Of a DNA stretch of 64,000 nucleotides, positions 10,364 through 21,418 are shown in pieces (positions within the stretch are counted from its first letter, which is position 1; each line of letters starts with the position of its first letter). The notes below the pieces were generated by a model. The model saw only the letters and a list, made by a program, of their open reading frames with translations, ran no database searches and was not told where the DNA came from. The position numbers and the translations under genes are program-made. The stretch comes from a bacterium (lineage in GTDB: Bacteria > UBA8248 > JACPRG01 > G963555815): the NCBI GenBank assembly GCA_965261595.1, contig CBDHDG010000007.1:160001-224000 (forward strand), in the 5' to 3' direction.

Positions 10364-11137
10364 CTACAGCATCCACACAACACTCATCATCCGGCCCACG
10401 CCGGGGCCGTCGCGGCGGTAGGAGAAAAACTCCTTCGGATTGCCCTTCGTGCAGAGGTCGAGCGTGAAGACCTGATCGGACGGCACGCCCGCCCACTCGA
10501 GCGCGCTTCGGTTCATCCCCCAGAGGTCCAAGAGCGTCTTGCCTCCGCCGAGGGGCGTCGTGAAACTCCGCCAATCGGGGACATTCGAGCGGACCTCCTC
10601 CAGGGCGTCTTCCCCCACTTCGTAGGCATCCGGGCCGATGCCGGAACCGATGAACGCTTGGACGTCCGAAGGATTCGAGCCGTACCGGCCGGCCATCTTC
10701 TTCAAGACCGCCACCGCCACGCCCCCGACCGTTCCCAGCCGCCCGGCGTGCGCGACCCCGGCGCATCCCGCCCTCTGATCCCAGAGCGCGACGGGGACGC
10801 AATCGGCCGTGAGAACCCCCAGGGGCCGGCCGGTCGCGGCTGTCACCATCGCGTCCGCCTCCTGAATATCGGGCGCCTCCTCCGAGGGCACGTCGATGAC
10901 GCGCGCTCCGTGAACCTGCCGCAGGAGCTTCGGTCCTTCGAACCCCGCCGCCTCGGAGAAGATCGCGCGGTTCCGGGCGACGTTCTCTCGGTCGTCCTTC
11001 TTCGTCCAGCCCAGGTTGAGGGATTCGCAAACGCCCCGGCTGACTCCCCCGATCCGCGTGCTGAAGGCGCACCGGAAGCCGTCCATCGCCGCCTGGTAAT
11101 AGACAACGCCGTTCCGCTCGATCCGTTCGAAAACCAA
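10364..11137 (-). CDS. pgeF: Peptidoglycan editing factor / purine nucleoside phosphorylase (YfiH family)
   Basis: QVHG, TADCVPV, HAG, FFSYRR motifs. Confidence 0.93.
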   Translation of the reverse strand: MVFERIERNGVVYYQAAMDGFRCAFSTRIGGVSRGVCESLNLGWTKKDDRENVARNRAIFSEAAGFEGPKLLRQVHGARVIDVPSEEAPDIQEADAMVTAATGRPLGVLTADCVPVALWDQRAGCAGVAHAGRLGTVGGVAVAVLKKMAGRYGSNPSDVQAFIGSGIGPDAYEVGEDALEEVRSNVPDWRSFTTPLGGGKTLLDLWGMNRSALEWAGVPSDQVFTLDLCTKGNPKEFFSYRRDGPGVGRMMSVVWML

Positions 11138-11154
11138 AGGACGAAAACCCTTTT

Positions 11155-11190
11155 CTGGGGGAACATTTTGAAAACTGTTCCCCAGGGTTT
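11155..11190. repeat. REP-like palindrome, family A
   Basis: CTGGGGGAACATTTTGAAAACTGTTCCCCAGGGTTT. Confidence 0.6.
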
Positions 11191-11198
11191 TACAGCCT

Positions 11199-12953
11199 CT
11201 AAGCCGGGAGGAGTGAGATCCACTTCTTCCGAGACTTGATTGGGGACGCGCTTTCCGCCGTCTCCCAGTAGCGCCGGCTTTCGCGAACCATAAAATCCTT
11301 CGGCAGATTCTGGTTGATCACATCCCACGGGAGCGGCTCATCGTAGCCCCACTTCCGCGTCACATAGAAATCGGGGTCCACCGGAGATTCACGGAGCGCC
11401 GCCCCCCAGTCCCCGCGCAGCCGGTGGACCGTCTCGAGAAGACCGCCCACGCGCCGGTCGCCGCGCGAAAGGAGTGCCTGGATATAGGCCCATTTGGGGA
11501 CCTCGTGATTCATCCGGACATTCGGCTCGGACCGAATGAGGCCCGCGAGCAGCTTCAGCCTGCGCCTGACCTCTTTGAGCGGCGCCATCCCCTCCCACTG
11601 CATGGGCGTGTGGGGTTTGGGGATAAAGGGATTGACGCTGAGCGTCAGCGTCCCGAGGCGTTTCCGGTCGCGTCCGATCTTCAGCATGATTTGCTTGATT
11701 TTCCGGGCCATGTGGGCGATGGCGGCCACGTCCTCATCGGTTTCACCGGGGAGGCCCACGAGGAAGTACAATTTCAGGTTCACGATCCCGCTCCGGAAAA
11801 CCCGCTCGATCTGGTGGTAGATGAGGGCGTCGGAGAGCTCCTTGCGCACGGCCGCGCGCAGGCGCTCGGTCCCGGTCTCGGGGGCCAGCGTGAGGGAGCG
11901 CTCCCCGCTTCCGACCAGGACATCGAGCAGGTCATCGTCGAGGGCGTCGATCCGGAGCGAGGCGGGAGAGACGCGCCCGCCCATCTCTACGATATCCCGG
12001 CAGATGCCGGTGAGCTCGGGGTGGTTGGAAACCATCGTCCCGACCAGTCCGATCTGTTTGCGGTGCTGAAGCCCCACGCGGATGTCGGCCCGAAGAGATT
12101 CCCGGGACCGGTTCCGCAGGGGCCGAAAGGTGAAATCGGCGGCGCAGAACCGGCATCCCCAGCCGCAGCTTCGTCCGATCTCGACGAGGAACAACTTCCC
12201 GAACTCGGTGTCCTCGGTCAAGATCCACGAGAGCGCGGGGGTCTTTTCCAGGTCGCGGACCTTTCGCTTATCGACCCGATCGGGAAACCCCGGCAAAGGC
12301 CGAAGCGCGGCCAGGCTGTTGATCCCATGCCGGCTGTCCGCGGGGGGGGGGGGGGGGGAATCGATTTCGTAGCCGGATGGGACATAGACCCCCGGGACCC
12401 GGGCCAGGTCCGCCAGGACCGTTTCCCGGGCGCGCCCTTTGCCCTCGACGAGGACGGCCATGATCTCCGCCAGGACCTCCTCCGCCTCCCCCACCACGGC
12501 CGCGTCCACGAACGGCGCCAGAGGCTCCGGATTGTACGAGGGGCAAATCCCTCCCATGATGATGATCGGGTGTCGGCCCGTTCGGTCGACCGAGCGCAGG
12601 GGGATTCCGCCCTCGTCCAGCACTTCGAGAATCGCCGGGTAGTCGGTCTCGTAGGGCGAAGAGAAAGCCACCAGGTCAAAACCGCCGAGGGGCGATCCGG
12701 TCTCAAGCGTCCGGACGCCCTTGCCCCGCCCGTCCGGGGAAAACACTCGCTCGCAAACGACCCCGTCCATCTCGTTCAGCATGCGATAGACCTGCTGAAA
12801 ACCCAGATTGGACATGGCCACGTGATACGTATTGGCATAGACGAGGGCGACCCGGTAGCCCGCGCGCGATGGGTCGAAAAGCGGCCCGAAGGGATAAACT
12901 TCCCGGGCGAGGATTTCTCGGGGCGTGAGGGATTTTGATGAAGCCCTGGGCAT
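11199..12953 (-). CDS. Radical SAM protein (TIGR03960/YgiQ-like architecture)
   Basis: CGWGCRFC CxxxCxxC; YHVAMSNLGF; APETG; YFLVGLPGET; FIPKPHTP. Confidence 0.9.
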   Translation of the reverse strand: MPRASSKSLTPREILAREVYPFGPLFDPSRAGYRVALVYANTYHVAMSNLGFQQVYRMLNEMDGVVCERVFSPDGRGKGVRTLETGSPLGGFDLVAFSSPYETDYPAILEVLDEGGIPLRSVDRTGRHPIIIMGGICPSYNPEPLAPFVDAAVVGEAEEVLAEIMAVLVEGKGRARETVLADLARVPGVYVPSGYEIDSPPPPPADSRHGINSLAALRPLPGFPDRVDKRKVRDLEKTPALSWILTEDTEFGKLFLVEIGRSCGWGCRFCAADFTFRPLRNRSRESLRADIRVGLQHRKQIGLVGTMVSNHPELTGICRDIVEMGGRVSPASLRIDALDDDLLDVLVGSGERSLTLAPETGTERLRAAVRKELSDALIYHQIERVFRSGIVNLKLYFLVGLPGETDEDVAAIAHMARKIKQIMLKIGRDRKRLGTLTLSVNPFIPKPHTPMQWEGMAPLKEVRRRLKLLAGLIRSEPNVRMNHEVPKWAYIQALLSRGDRRVGGLLETVHRLRGDWGAALRESPVDPDFYVTRKWGYDEPLPWDVINQNLPKDFMVRESRRYWETAESASPIKSRKKWISLLPA

Positions 12954-13330
12954 GGAAACGTGAATCCTTCCGGCCGGAACGCTCCATCTCTCCGGGATCG
13001 GCGTCAGAAAGCCTATGATTCCTATAGATGATTATAGGTCCAGCGGGGGGGCGCGGCAACCAAGGGCCAAGTCACGATGGTGCGTGTCCGTCACTTTTTC
13101 CGGGATTTTCCGGGGACGCGGACGAAACCCACGGCCGTGCCTTTGTCGGCGAATCGGATGGTGATCCGGAAGATCCGCCCCGGCTTGAAATAACCGCCAG
13201 CGGCGGCGCAAACCTCATATTGGACGATCCCGTTCGCGGTGTCGGAAATCCCCCACCCCCCCGGCCCGAAGGATTGAGCCGCTTCCGGCCCCGGCAGACC
13301 CCAAGGATCCAGTTGCCGCCCGGGGCCGTC

Positions 13331-14506
13331 TCACAGCATCGGCGCGGTCCGCAAACGAATCACTTGGTTCTGGCCGTCCGAATGGTGGAAGGACAGGGCG
13401 TCGCGAATGTATTTTTCCACCGGGTGGTCCTTCATGTATCCGTGGCCCCCCATCACGTCCAACGCCGACAGGCAAACGCGCGTGGCCGCCTCTGAGGCGA
13501 ACACCTTGCACATGTTACTCAATTTCGGTTTGAAATCCGGATCGTGCTGGGCCGCCCAGGCCGTCCGCCAAATGAAGCTCCGGGCCGCTTCGAGGTCCTT
13601 GTACATGTCCGACGCCACGCAAGCGATATTGGGGTGCTCGATGATGGGCCTTCCGCCTTGGATCCGGGTCTTCGCCCAGTCGAGCGCGTACTCGTAGGCG
13701 GCCACCGCGCATCCCAGGACAGTGGCCGCCGCCTGGGTGTTGCTGCCCAGCAGCCAGTGTCGCCGCATGAACATGGCCCGGTTCTCTTCCCCCAGCCGAT
13801 CCTCGACCGGGACGCGGACGTTTTCCAGGACCAGCTCGGCGTTCTGGACCAGACGCTGCCCCATCTTGTCGTGAACCCTGGCCACGGAGAATCCCGGGGT
13901 GTCCGCGGGAAGAAGGAACGCCGTCAGGCCCTGGGAGACGCCGACGGTATTGTCCGTCCGCGCGTAGAGGACGTAGAAGCTCGCCAGCCCCCCGTTCGAG
14001 ATGAAGTGCTTTCGGCCGTTGATGACGTAGTGGTCCCCTTCGCGGACCGCCGAGGTCTGCGTCCCGACGCCCGGCGCGTCGTAAGGGAGGATGTTGTCCG
14101 AGCCGGAGAGCGGCTCGCTGTTGGCCGTGGCCAGCAGGGCGCGGGGATTGTTGATGAGTCCGGGCAAGTGGCGCTCGCGCTGGTCATCGGTCATGCTTCC
14201 GGTCATCAGGCTGAACATCTTCCAGGTCTGATCGAAGGCCACGGCGAGGCCCAGATCGCCCCGGGCCAGCTCTTCGCCGACGAGACATAGCGTGAGGATA
14301 TCGGCTTCGCCGCCCCCATACGCCTTGGGCAGGGAGAGGAGACGCAGGCCGAGCTTGTCCCCTTCTTCGATCACTTCCCAGGGGAAGGCCTCGGCGGGGT
14401 CCGGGATCCGGTCCCGCTCCATGGCAATCGGCGTGATGTGCTTATCCACAAAATCGCGGGCGGTCTGCCGAAGCGCTTTCTGCTCCGGGGTTAGTGAGAG
14501 ATCCAT
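13331..14506 (-). CDS. Acyl-CoA dehydrogenase family protein
   Basis: SEPLSGSD, INGRKHFISNG, RIQGGRPI, GGHGYMKDHPVEKYIRDA. Confidence 0.93.
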   Translation of the reverse strand: MDLSLTPEQKALRQTARDFVDKHITPIAMERDRIPDPAEAFPWEVIEEGDKLGLRLLSLPKAYGGGEADILTLCLVGEELARGDLGLAVAFDQTWKMFSLMTGSMTDDQRERHLPGLINNPRALLATANSEPLSGSDNILPYDAPGVGTQTSAVREGDHYVINGRKHFISNGGLASFYVLYARTDNTVGVSQGLTAFLLPADTPGFSVARVHDKMGQRLVQNAELVLENVRVPVEDRLGEENRAMFMRRHWLLGSNTQAAATVLGCAVAAYEYALDWAKTRIQGGRPIIEHPNIACVASDMYKDLEAARSFIWRTAWAAQHDPDFKPKLSNMCKVFASEAATRVCLSALDVMGGHGYMKDHPVEKYIRDALSFHHSDGQNQVIRLRTAPML

Positions 14507-14567
14507 ATCCTTTGCGAACTCCCGATGGCGGTTATCACTTACGGAAGCAACCAAAAATAGCGGGGCT

Positions 14568-15335
14568 TTAAACGACTTCCGTCAGCGTTTCCGGCTTTGA
14601 AACCAGAGGCTGAAATTGCTCCCCCGACATTGGACACCAATCCGCGGGCCAGGGCGCCTCCAAGCGGCAAAGCAAGCGCTGCTGGACCGGGCCGGGCTCC
14701 GGATTCACCCTCTCCACGGTAACCCTGACTCCGTTACGATCACGCTCAATCAACTGGTGGATATCCTCAAGGAAATACCGAGGAATCCAACCGACCAGGC
14801 ATCCGGCCTCACTCCGCAAGAGAATGGCTTTCTCGTCAGCGGAATTTTGGAGATCCGCGCAAAGCAAGAGTCGCGTCCCTTTCGTCATACCCGGCACAAA
14901 CGTCTGACTCTCGGAGGGAAGATGGCGCAGCCCGTGTGCAAAAAAATGAATCCGATAACAACTGAACTCATCGGGCTTCGGATGCGGAAAGACCTCCAGC
15001 GAGTCTGTTGTGCGGCGTCCACCGGAACGCGTGAGGATCGCCACAGGGTCGTAAGGAGATTGCGGAAGACCCAACCGCTCGACCATCTCGCCATAATCGG
15101 GTCGGGATTGGCGCGGCACTCGATTGTCGAACAAGGGAAACAGGACCTTGGATTCATAGGCATACTTCAATTCCGGGAAAGAACTCAGCCGATCAAAACC
15201 CGCCTCTTCGTTCGCCTGAAGAACTCCTCTCGTGTATTGAAAGGTGTACGTTTCATCGCTTGAATCCAAACGGCCGATCACAAACCATCCCCGGGTCTTC
15301 ACCCTATCCTGCCAAGCGAGATACAAGCGTCTCAC
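14568..15335 (-). CDS. HipA N-terminal(HipS)-like plus HIRAN-domain protein
   Basis: YTFQY..LFPLFDNRVP N-terminal region; FFAHGLRH..NSADEKAI..VGWIPRY HIRAN-like C-terminal region; ATGA overlap with the upstream kinase gene. Confidence 0.8.
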   Translation of the reverse strand: MRRLYLAWQDRVKTRGWFVIGRLDSSDETYTFQYTRGVLQANEEAGFDRLSSFPELKYAYESKVLFPLFDNRVPRQSRPDYGEMVERLGLPQSPYDPVAILTRSGGRRTTDSLEVFPHPKPDEFSCYRIHFFAHGLRHLPSESQTFVPGMTKGTRLLLCADLQNSADEKAILLRSEAGCLVGWIPRYFLEDIHQLIERDRNGVRVTVERVNPEPGPVQQRLLCRLEAPWPADWCPMSGEQFQPLVSKPETLTEVV

Positions 15336-16264
15336 GGAAGCGCCTCCCGAATTTCTTTCAGTTTCTTCCGTGTATTACGAAGAAGTTCCATGGCAAACTT
15401 CACAGAGACTTCGGAAATCCATCCCGTCGGCATTCTTCCAAAAATTCCTTCGAAGGCGGAGTCAGGCAACCTGATGGCGTTTTCCAGCCAGGGTTGAAAC
15501 GCACCGGGTTGAATTCTGGCGGCCCTTCGCACGAGCTCAATTGGGGAAAGACCATGTTTGTCATTGGAATCCCAGTAAATCGGTGAACGGGGTCTTTCCA
15601 CGTAATTCGGGAGATTGTCTTCTCGCAACATCTCCATTCTCTTCTCGTCTCTGAGTTCTCGGCCCAGCGACGAAGCGTGGTCATACGTGGGGGATAGAGT
15701 GAGCTGACGACCTGATGCTGATGCTTCAACCCTTCTGAGTAGGATACCCCAATTCTCATGGTGCCGGTCGGTGTTCCCAATCAACGCATCAAGTGTTAAA
15801 TAACCGGCAAAAACATCAGTCGCGCTCATTTCAATTGTAGGATGAGACCAATCTATCGGGACAGAGGTCTCTTTCAAGGTTTCCATAATTCTGTCATACG
15901 TATGATCCGACTGATGATATTTCTTCTCTTTCTCATAATCGGTCACAATGATAGGAAGGCGTTCATTTCCATGAACAAGCTCCAACCCGTTTTCCGGATC
16001 CGCAAATGAGAGAGACACCGTTCCAAATTCACCTTCGTAAGTTGCCAATTCGATACGTGCACAAGGAAGGCCCATCAATTCCCCGACTTCGGCCGCAATT
16101 TTCTCCGCCCACGCTTCCCCAGTATCCGGTCTCGGTTTCTTAAAAAGCCACAACTTATCTTCTCGATCGATCCACCAAAATTTCTCTTTTGATCCAAGCG
16201 CCTCGTCGTCATACGACGAGGTAATTTCGATTACGTCAAAAGTCGCTGGTTCTTGGCTTGCCAA
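15332..16264 (-). CDS. HipA-like Ser/Thr kinase
   Basis: LGSKEKFW, LFKK, EKIAAE, GNTDRHHENWG catalytic loop, LSPTYDH; visibly lower GC than flanks. Confidence 0.88.
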   Translation of the reverse strand: MASQEPATFDVIEITSSYDDEALGSKEKFWWIDREDKLWLFKKPRPDTGEAWAEKIAAEVGELMGLPCARIELATYEGEFGTVSLSFADPENGLELVHGNERLPIIVTDYEKEKKYHQSDHTYDRIMETLKETSVPIDWSHPTIEMSATDVFAGYLTLDALIGNTDRHHENWGILLRRVEASASGRQLTLSPTYDHASSLGRELRDEKRMEMLREDNLPNYVERPRSPIYWDSNDKHGLSPIELVRRAARIQPGAFQPWLENAIRLPDSAFEGIFGRMPTGWISEVSVKFAMELLRNTRKKLKEIREALP

Positions 16265-16294
16265 TGAATCGGATATCCAATGTGAAGAGGGTGC

Positions 16295-17509
16295 TCATTG
16301 ACTCTGGAGCGACTGGATAATCTCCCGGAACTCCTCGTCGTCGATGAGGGCCTTGCGCTCGATCGAGCGGCGCTTGATCTCGGCCAGGGCCGCCTGCACC
16401 TTTTCCTCGTCCTCCAGCTTCAGTCCGCTCTCCTCGAGCTTGACCCGAATCGAGGTCGCCCCGCTCTTTTTGCCCAGGACCACGCGGGGCCGGTTGCCCA
16501 CAAACTTAGGCGCGATCGAGAACATGGCCAGGGGGCGCTCGTAAAGCATGTCGATGCCGATGCCCGATTCGCGCGTGAAGGTGTTCAGGCCGGTCAGCGC
16601 CTTGCCGGGCGCCAATGGATAGCCCGAAAGACGCTGCACGAGGCCGCTCACCTTCTCCAGCTTGTCGAAATGGACGTTCGTCGAGATCCCGTACAGCGTC
16701 CGCAGGCTCACCACCACCTCGTCCAGGGAAGCGTTGCCGCTTCGCTCGCCCAGGGCGTTGACGCTCACATGCGTCACCTTCGCCCCGGCCCCAACAGCCG
16801 AGAGCGTCGTCGCGATGCCCATCCCCAGATCGTTGTGGGTGTGAACCTCGACCGGGATTCCGGTCAGGCCGCGGACCCGGCGAACCAGGACCTCCATGGC
16901 CCGGGGCAGGAGGCACCCGGTGGTGTCGACCACGCCCACCGAATCGGGATTCCCCCGGTCCATCACCTCACCCAGAAGTCGATCCAGGAACCCGAGGTCC
17001 GCCCGGGTCGTGTCATACGGGAAATAAACCGTGTGCAGACCGGCGGCCTTGGCGTGCGCGATGGTCTCCACACTTCGCTCGATGACGTCCTCCTCGCTCC
17101 ACTTCGGGAACTGATACTTGAGCTTCGGAATGCTGCACGGGATTTCGATGACCACGCCGTCCGCGCCGCACTTGAGGGACAGATCGACGTCCGCCGGCGT
17201 CGCGCGGCAGAAGGTCATCAGTTTCGCGCGCATCCCGAGCTGCGCCATCTCTTCGATGGCCTTTGCGTCATCGGCCGAGACGGCGGGCATGCCGCCCTCG
17301 ATCCGGTCCACACCGAGGTCGTCGAGGGCCCGGGCGATCTCGATCTTTTCCTCGATGCGGAAGACCACGCCGGGCGTCTGCTCCCCGTCCCGGAGGGTGA
17401 CGTCGTGAATTTCCACCCTCTCGGGGAGGTCGAGGGAATCCCTCACTTCATCGGAGTAGTTCAGCGGACCGACCCAGAAGTCATCACAGGCCCAGGGGGT
17501 GTCGCTCAT
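16295..17509 (-). CDS. DRE-TIM metallolyase (homocitrate/isopropylmalate synthase family) without regulatory domain
   Basis: DVTLRDGEQ, HTHNDLG, GERSGNA. Confidence 0.88.
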   Translation of the reverse strand: MSDTPWACDDFWVGPLNYSDEVRDSLDLPERVEIHDVTLRDGEQTPGVVFRIEEKIEIARALDDLGVDRIEGGMPAVSADDAKAIEEMAQLGMRAKLMTFCRATPADVDLSLKCGADGVVIEIPCSIPKLKYQFPKWSEEDVIERSVETIAHAKAAGLHTVYFPYDTTRADLGFLDRLLGEVMDRGNPDSVGVVDTTGCLLPRAMEVLVRRVRGLTGIPVEVHTHNDLGMGIATTLSAVGAGAKVTHVSVNALGERSGNASLDEVVVSLRTLYGISTNVHFDKLEKVSGLVQRLSGYPLAPGKALTGLNTFTRESGIGIDMLYERPLAMFSIAPKFVGNRPRVVLGKKSGATSIRVKLEESGLKLEDEEKVQAALAEIKRRSIERKALIDDEEFREIIQSLQSQ

Positions 17510-17597
17510 GGCTTCATCCTCGCGTTTTTGTCAGGCGCACCGGCCCGCCGGAGAGAGCAGGCGCCTACAAATCCATTTGTCGGAGAGACCCGGGGCG

Positions 17598-18641
17598 CTA
17601 GTCTCCGGCCGGCTTACGCCCCACTTTTTTGCGTTCGCGAATCTGTTTGTTCAGATCGGCCAGTGCTTTGATGTACAAGTCTTTGGCCGCAAGCCGAAGG
17701 GCCCGCCGGTAGGCCGTTCACGCCCGCTCAAGCTGTCCCAACGCCTCATAGGCGACGCCGAGGTTGTAAAGGGCTTCATTGCTTTTGGGGCGTGTCCGGA
17801 CATGCTCGGTCCAGATGCGGATGGCCTCTTTCAGGCTCCCGGCCTTTGCGAATTTGACGCCCGTATCCACCGCGCCCTCCGCGGATTCGAGGGTCCGTTT
17901 GATGGTCACGTACCGGGGAGAGACGTACTCGAAATATCGGGTGGACACCGCCTCCACAAGGTCCCGGCGCGTGGCCTCCGAAGGCGGAATCTCCCGCTTC
18001 ACCTTGGAAAAGAGCGCGGACAGCGCGTCCAATCCCGTGTCGTACTTCAGGGCGTGATCCACCGTGCGGCTCGCGAGGATGCGGCCCGTGGCCACTTCCA
18101 CCACCCGCAGAGAGACGGAGAGGACCCCTTCACGCCGCGTGTGCTTCTCGGTGACCAGGACCTCTTTCATGATCTCTTCCTTCCGGGCCCTTCGGCCGGA
18201 GCCGATCGTCCGGAACCGGCCGGTCCCGACCCGTTTCCTGACTTGCTTGGTGTACGGCGTGTCCACGATTCGATAGGCCACGACCTGTCCGACCACGACA
18301 GCCTTGACACCCAACAACCTTCCGGCCTCCGCCGCGGTCTTGGGATCGACGAGGTCGCTCAGACCGCGCCGGATCTCCCCCACCACCTGATCCAGCCGGG
18401 ATCGCTTGACGACCTTGAAGAACTCACTCTCCCCGAGCTTCGTCGTCAGGGACTCGGTGACGTGACCCGCCACCTCCGGATCGCCGCCTAACTTCATGAC
18501 CCCGAGGGAATCGATGTCGCGGGAGAGCAAATCGACTTCCGCGGGGACCAGCGCGCGGACCTGAATCGTCGGTCCCTCGCATCCCAGAAGGAAGATCAGC
18601 GCCCCGGAAACCGCCCCCGCGCCGGCAAGTCGAGCTTTCAC
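17598..18641 (-). pseudogene. CsgG/HfaB-like lipoprotein with C-terminal TPR, interrupted by in-frame TGA at 17718-17720
   Basis: Lipobox LLGC; TPR reads LYNLGVAYEALGQLERA*TAYRRALRL and stays in frame to TAG at 17598. Confidence 0.7.
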
Positions 18642-18818
18642 TCATCGGCCCTCCACGGCCAACTTGTAAGCATCTCTTCCCACGAGAACCGTTATTTTCC
18701 ATGACGGGACTCGAGGTCTTTTCAATCACTCATGGAGTGGAAACTTCAGTGTAGCACGGTTCCCGATTCGAGGCGCCGCCCACCGGGGGGGGGGGAGGGA
18801 TGAACGCGGCCGTCCCCT

Positions 18819-20204
18819 TCAGGGCAGAAACCCGATAAACCTCCAGTAGAGGATGGTCAGCGGGATCACCAGAATCACGCTCAGGACGGCGAAGGGGATC
18901 AACACGCGCAGAACCTGCCGCCCCGTAAAAGCCCCATATCCCTGGGCGTTGACCAGCGGCGGCGTCTGGTACGGAAAGAAGCAGATACCGATGCCGAGGA
19001 CCTGGGCCATCACGAGACGGGTGACGTCGAGGCCATGATCCATCGCATACGCGACGATGATGGGCGTCAAGACCGCGGGGACGGCCGGCTGGGTCGTCAG
19101 GATCGCCAGGGATAATGTGATCAAGGCCACCACGGCGACCTGCTCGTTGCTCCCCATCTCCGCCAAAGGGATGACCCGGATGATGTACTCTCCCACCCAC
19201 CGGCTGACGCCGGTTGCCGCAAGGACCCTCCCCAGCGCCAGAATGCTCGCGAGATAAACGAGTAGCGGGAGGTTGACGCACCGGACCACATCCTTCTTCT
19301 CCAGGACGCCGACGCCCGGCAGCAGGGTCGCCATCGCGGCCCCGAGCCCCACCCAGACGGGTTTTACGCCATGAATGAAATCCGTCATCCACAGGCCGAT
19401 GGCGATGCCGATCCAGGCAATCATCTTCCACTCGTCCCGACTCAGGGGCCCGGCGTCTCCGGCTCTCAGAGATTCTCCCTTGAGAACCGGAACCTCCTTC
19501 GGCCAGAGGAAAAGCCGGATGACCACGTAGATCATCGCCACCCGCGCCATCCCCAGCACCGGCAGGTGCAGGGCCGCCCACAGGCCATAGGAGATGGTCG
19601 GACCGCCGACCGATTCAATCACCCCCGCGTGTACGAGGTTGGGGACATTCGAGGGGAGCAAGGCGAATCCCGGGAAGAAGGCCGACATGGCAACCGCCAG
19701 GGCCAGGCCGGCTCAACCGCGAGACTTGAGAGGCAAGCCGAACGCGGCCGCAATCTCCAGGGCGATGGGGATGAGCAGGGCCACCCGCGCGTTGCCCGAA
19801 GGGACCCCGAACGACAACGGGAAGCCGAGGACGCAGAATCCCATCACGACCCGGCCGTACCGGTTTCCCAACACCCGGATGAAGGCGAACGCCATCCGGC
19901 GCGCCAATCCGGTCCGGAGCATCCCTCCGCCCAGGAGAAAAGAGGCGAACACCAGCTAGAATGCGGCAGAGGTGAACCCGGAGAACGCCACAGAGGACGG
20001 GACCACCCCCAACAAGACAAACAAGAGGAGGAGGATGAACCCTGTCCACGCAAGGGGAATCGTCTCCGTCACAAAGAACGAGATGGCGAAAACCGCCAGG
20101 GCCAGGGCCTTGAGGCCTTCGGGGCCCAACCCCTGGGGCGGGCTCATGGCGAAAAGGCCAAGCGGAAGGAGAACGCCGATGGCGGCAATCAGGCGACGGA
20201 TCAT
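18819..20204 (-). pseudogene. SLC13/DASS-family transporter with two in-frame stops (TAG 19956-19958, TGA 19713-19715)
   Basis: ORFs 19956-20204, 19713-19952 and 18819-19688 share one frame: FSGFTSAAF*LVF, PSGNAR, KSRG*AGLAL, FPYQTPP. Confidence 0.85.
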
Positions 20205-20402
20205 GGTTTTGCCATGGCTTTCCGCATCAATTCTTTCCTGAGAATAGGATTCAACATCGAGGCGAAGGGATGCGCCGGGTGAGGAGATGACATCCGGGAG
20301 ACGCTAAGGCCGGGCGCCCTCCCGCACGGCGGGGTCTAGGACCGCGAACCCAGAAACGGAGGAGAGCTCATGCGCCCTCCATTTCCATCATCGAACCCCG
20401 TG

Positions 20403-21025
20403 TCATCCATCGTCCCATCCAAATCGCCGCCAAAACGCGAGAAGGTAACACACCCACCCGGCCCAGAACGACGCCGATATTCCGGCCCCTAAAGAGATGA
20501 TCACGGCCACCACCGAAGCACAAACCGATGTGGCGCCATTGATTCCCCACAGCCACGGCGTTAAGGAGGGCGATCTCGCGGCTGCCGCCCTCATGCCCAG
20601 CGGAAAGGCCGTCCCCATAAACACCCCAATCGGGAAAAGAATCCCCGCCGCCAACGCACAAAGCAGTACGAACAGACATCCCACCGCTTGGCTCGCCCAA
20701 CGCTCATCACGGATTCTCCGACTCCAATAACTCCCAAGGCCGCCGAATAAGAGCAAATATTTGAACTTGAGCTTCAGCTTCTCCCCCACCAAGGCCGCAA
20801 CTTGATTGTTGGAACCCATGGCCATCACAATTCCGTCATTCATTTCATCCCGATATATGCTTCGGTCGTTGAACTTTTTCGGATCGCAATCGATTCCGAG
20901 CAGATCAAGGATGGTCGGCATCAGGTCTACGTGACTGGTGAGTTGATCGACGTAGGCGGTCTTCGAAACGAGCCATTTATTGTAAAATGAACAGCGGAAC
21001 CTTGATATTCACTTCATTATATTCC
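20403..21025 (-). pseudogene. Chimeric remnants: sulfatase/LTA-synthase fragment joined to a membrane spermidine-synthase-like C-terminus
   Basis: NIKVPLFI / frameshift / VDQLTSHVDLMPTILDLLG, then FMGTAFPLGM..WLWGINGATSV. Confidence 0.55.
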
Positions 21026-21418
21026 TGAACGTCTTTATCCTCCAGGAGTTTCTCCCGAATCTCCGGAAAGATCCCCCGCACACCATGATCGGAAAATATG
21101 ATGTTGAGGGTTTTTTCGACAATCTTCAGCCTTTCCACACGCCGAATGAGCTCTCGAATCAGGCGATCTTGGCAGCGGATTGCGTTCCGGCATCTCCCAT
21201 ACAGGCCCGATTCCGGAAATCTCTGTCGATCCCCGATGCGTCACCGGCGAACCGGCATCTTGAAAAGATATCCCGGACGGCCCACCTCCGGAAGAGGCGA
21301 AGCCGAACGCCACGGACTGTCACGCCCGACCCGGCTCGAAGCCGGAGGCCGCCTTCACGGAAGCCGGTTGCGGCGGGGTCAGGCCCAACCTATGATGAAA
21401 TGATAACCCTTATCACCA

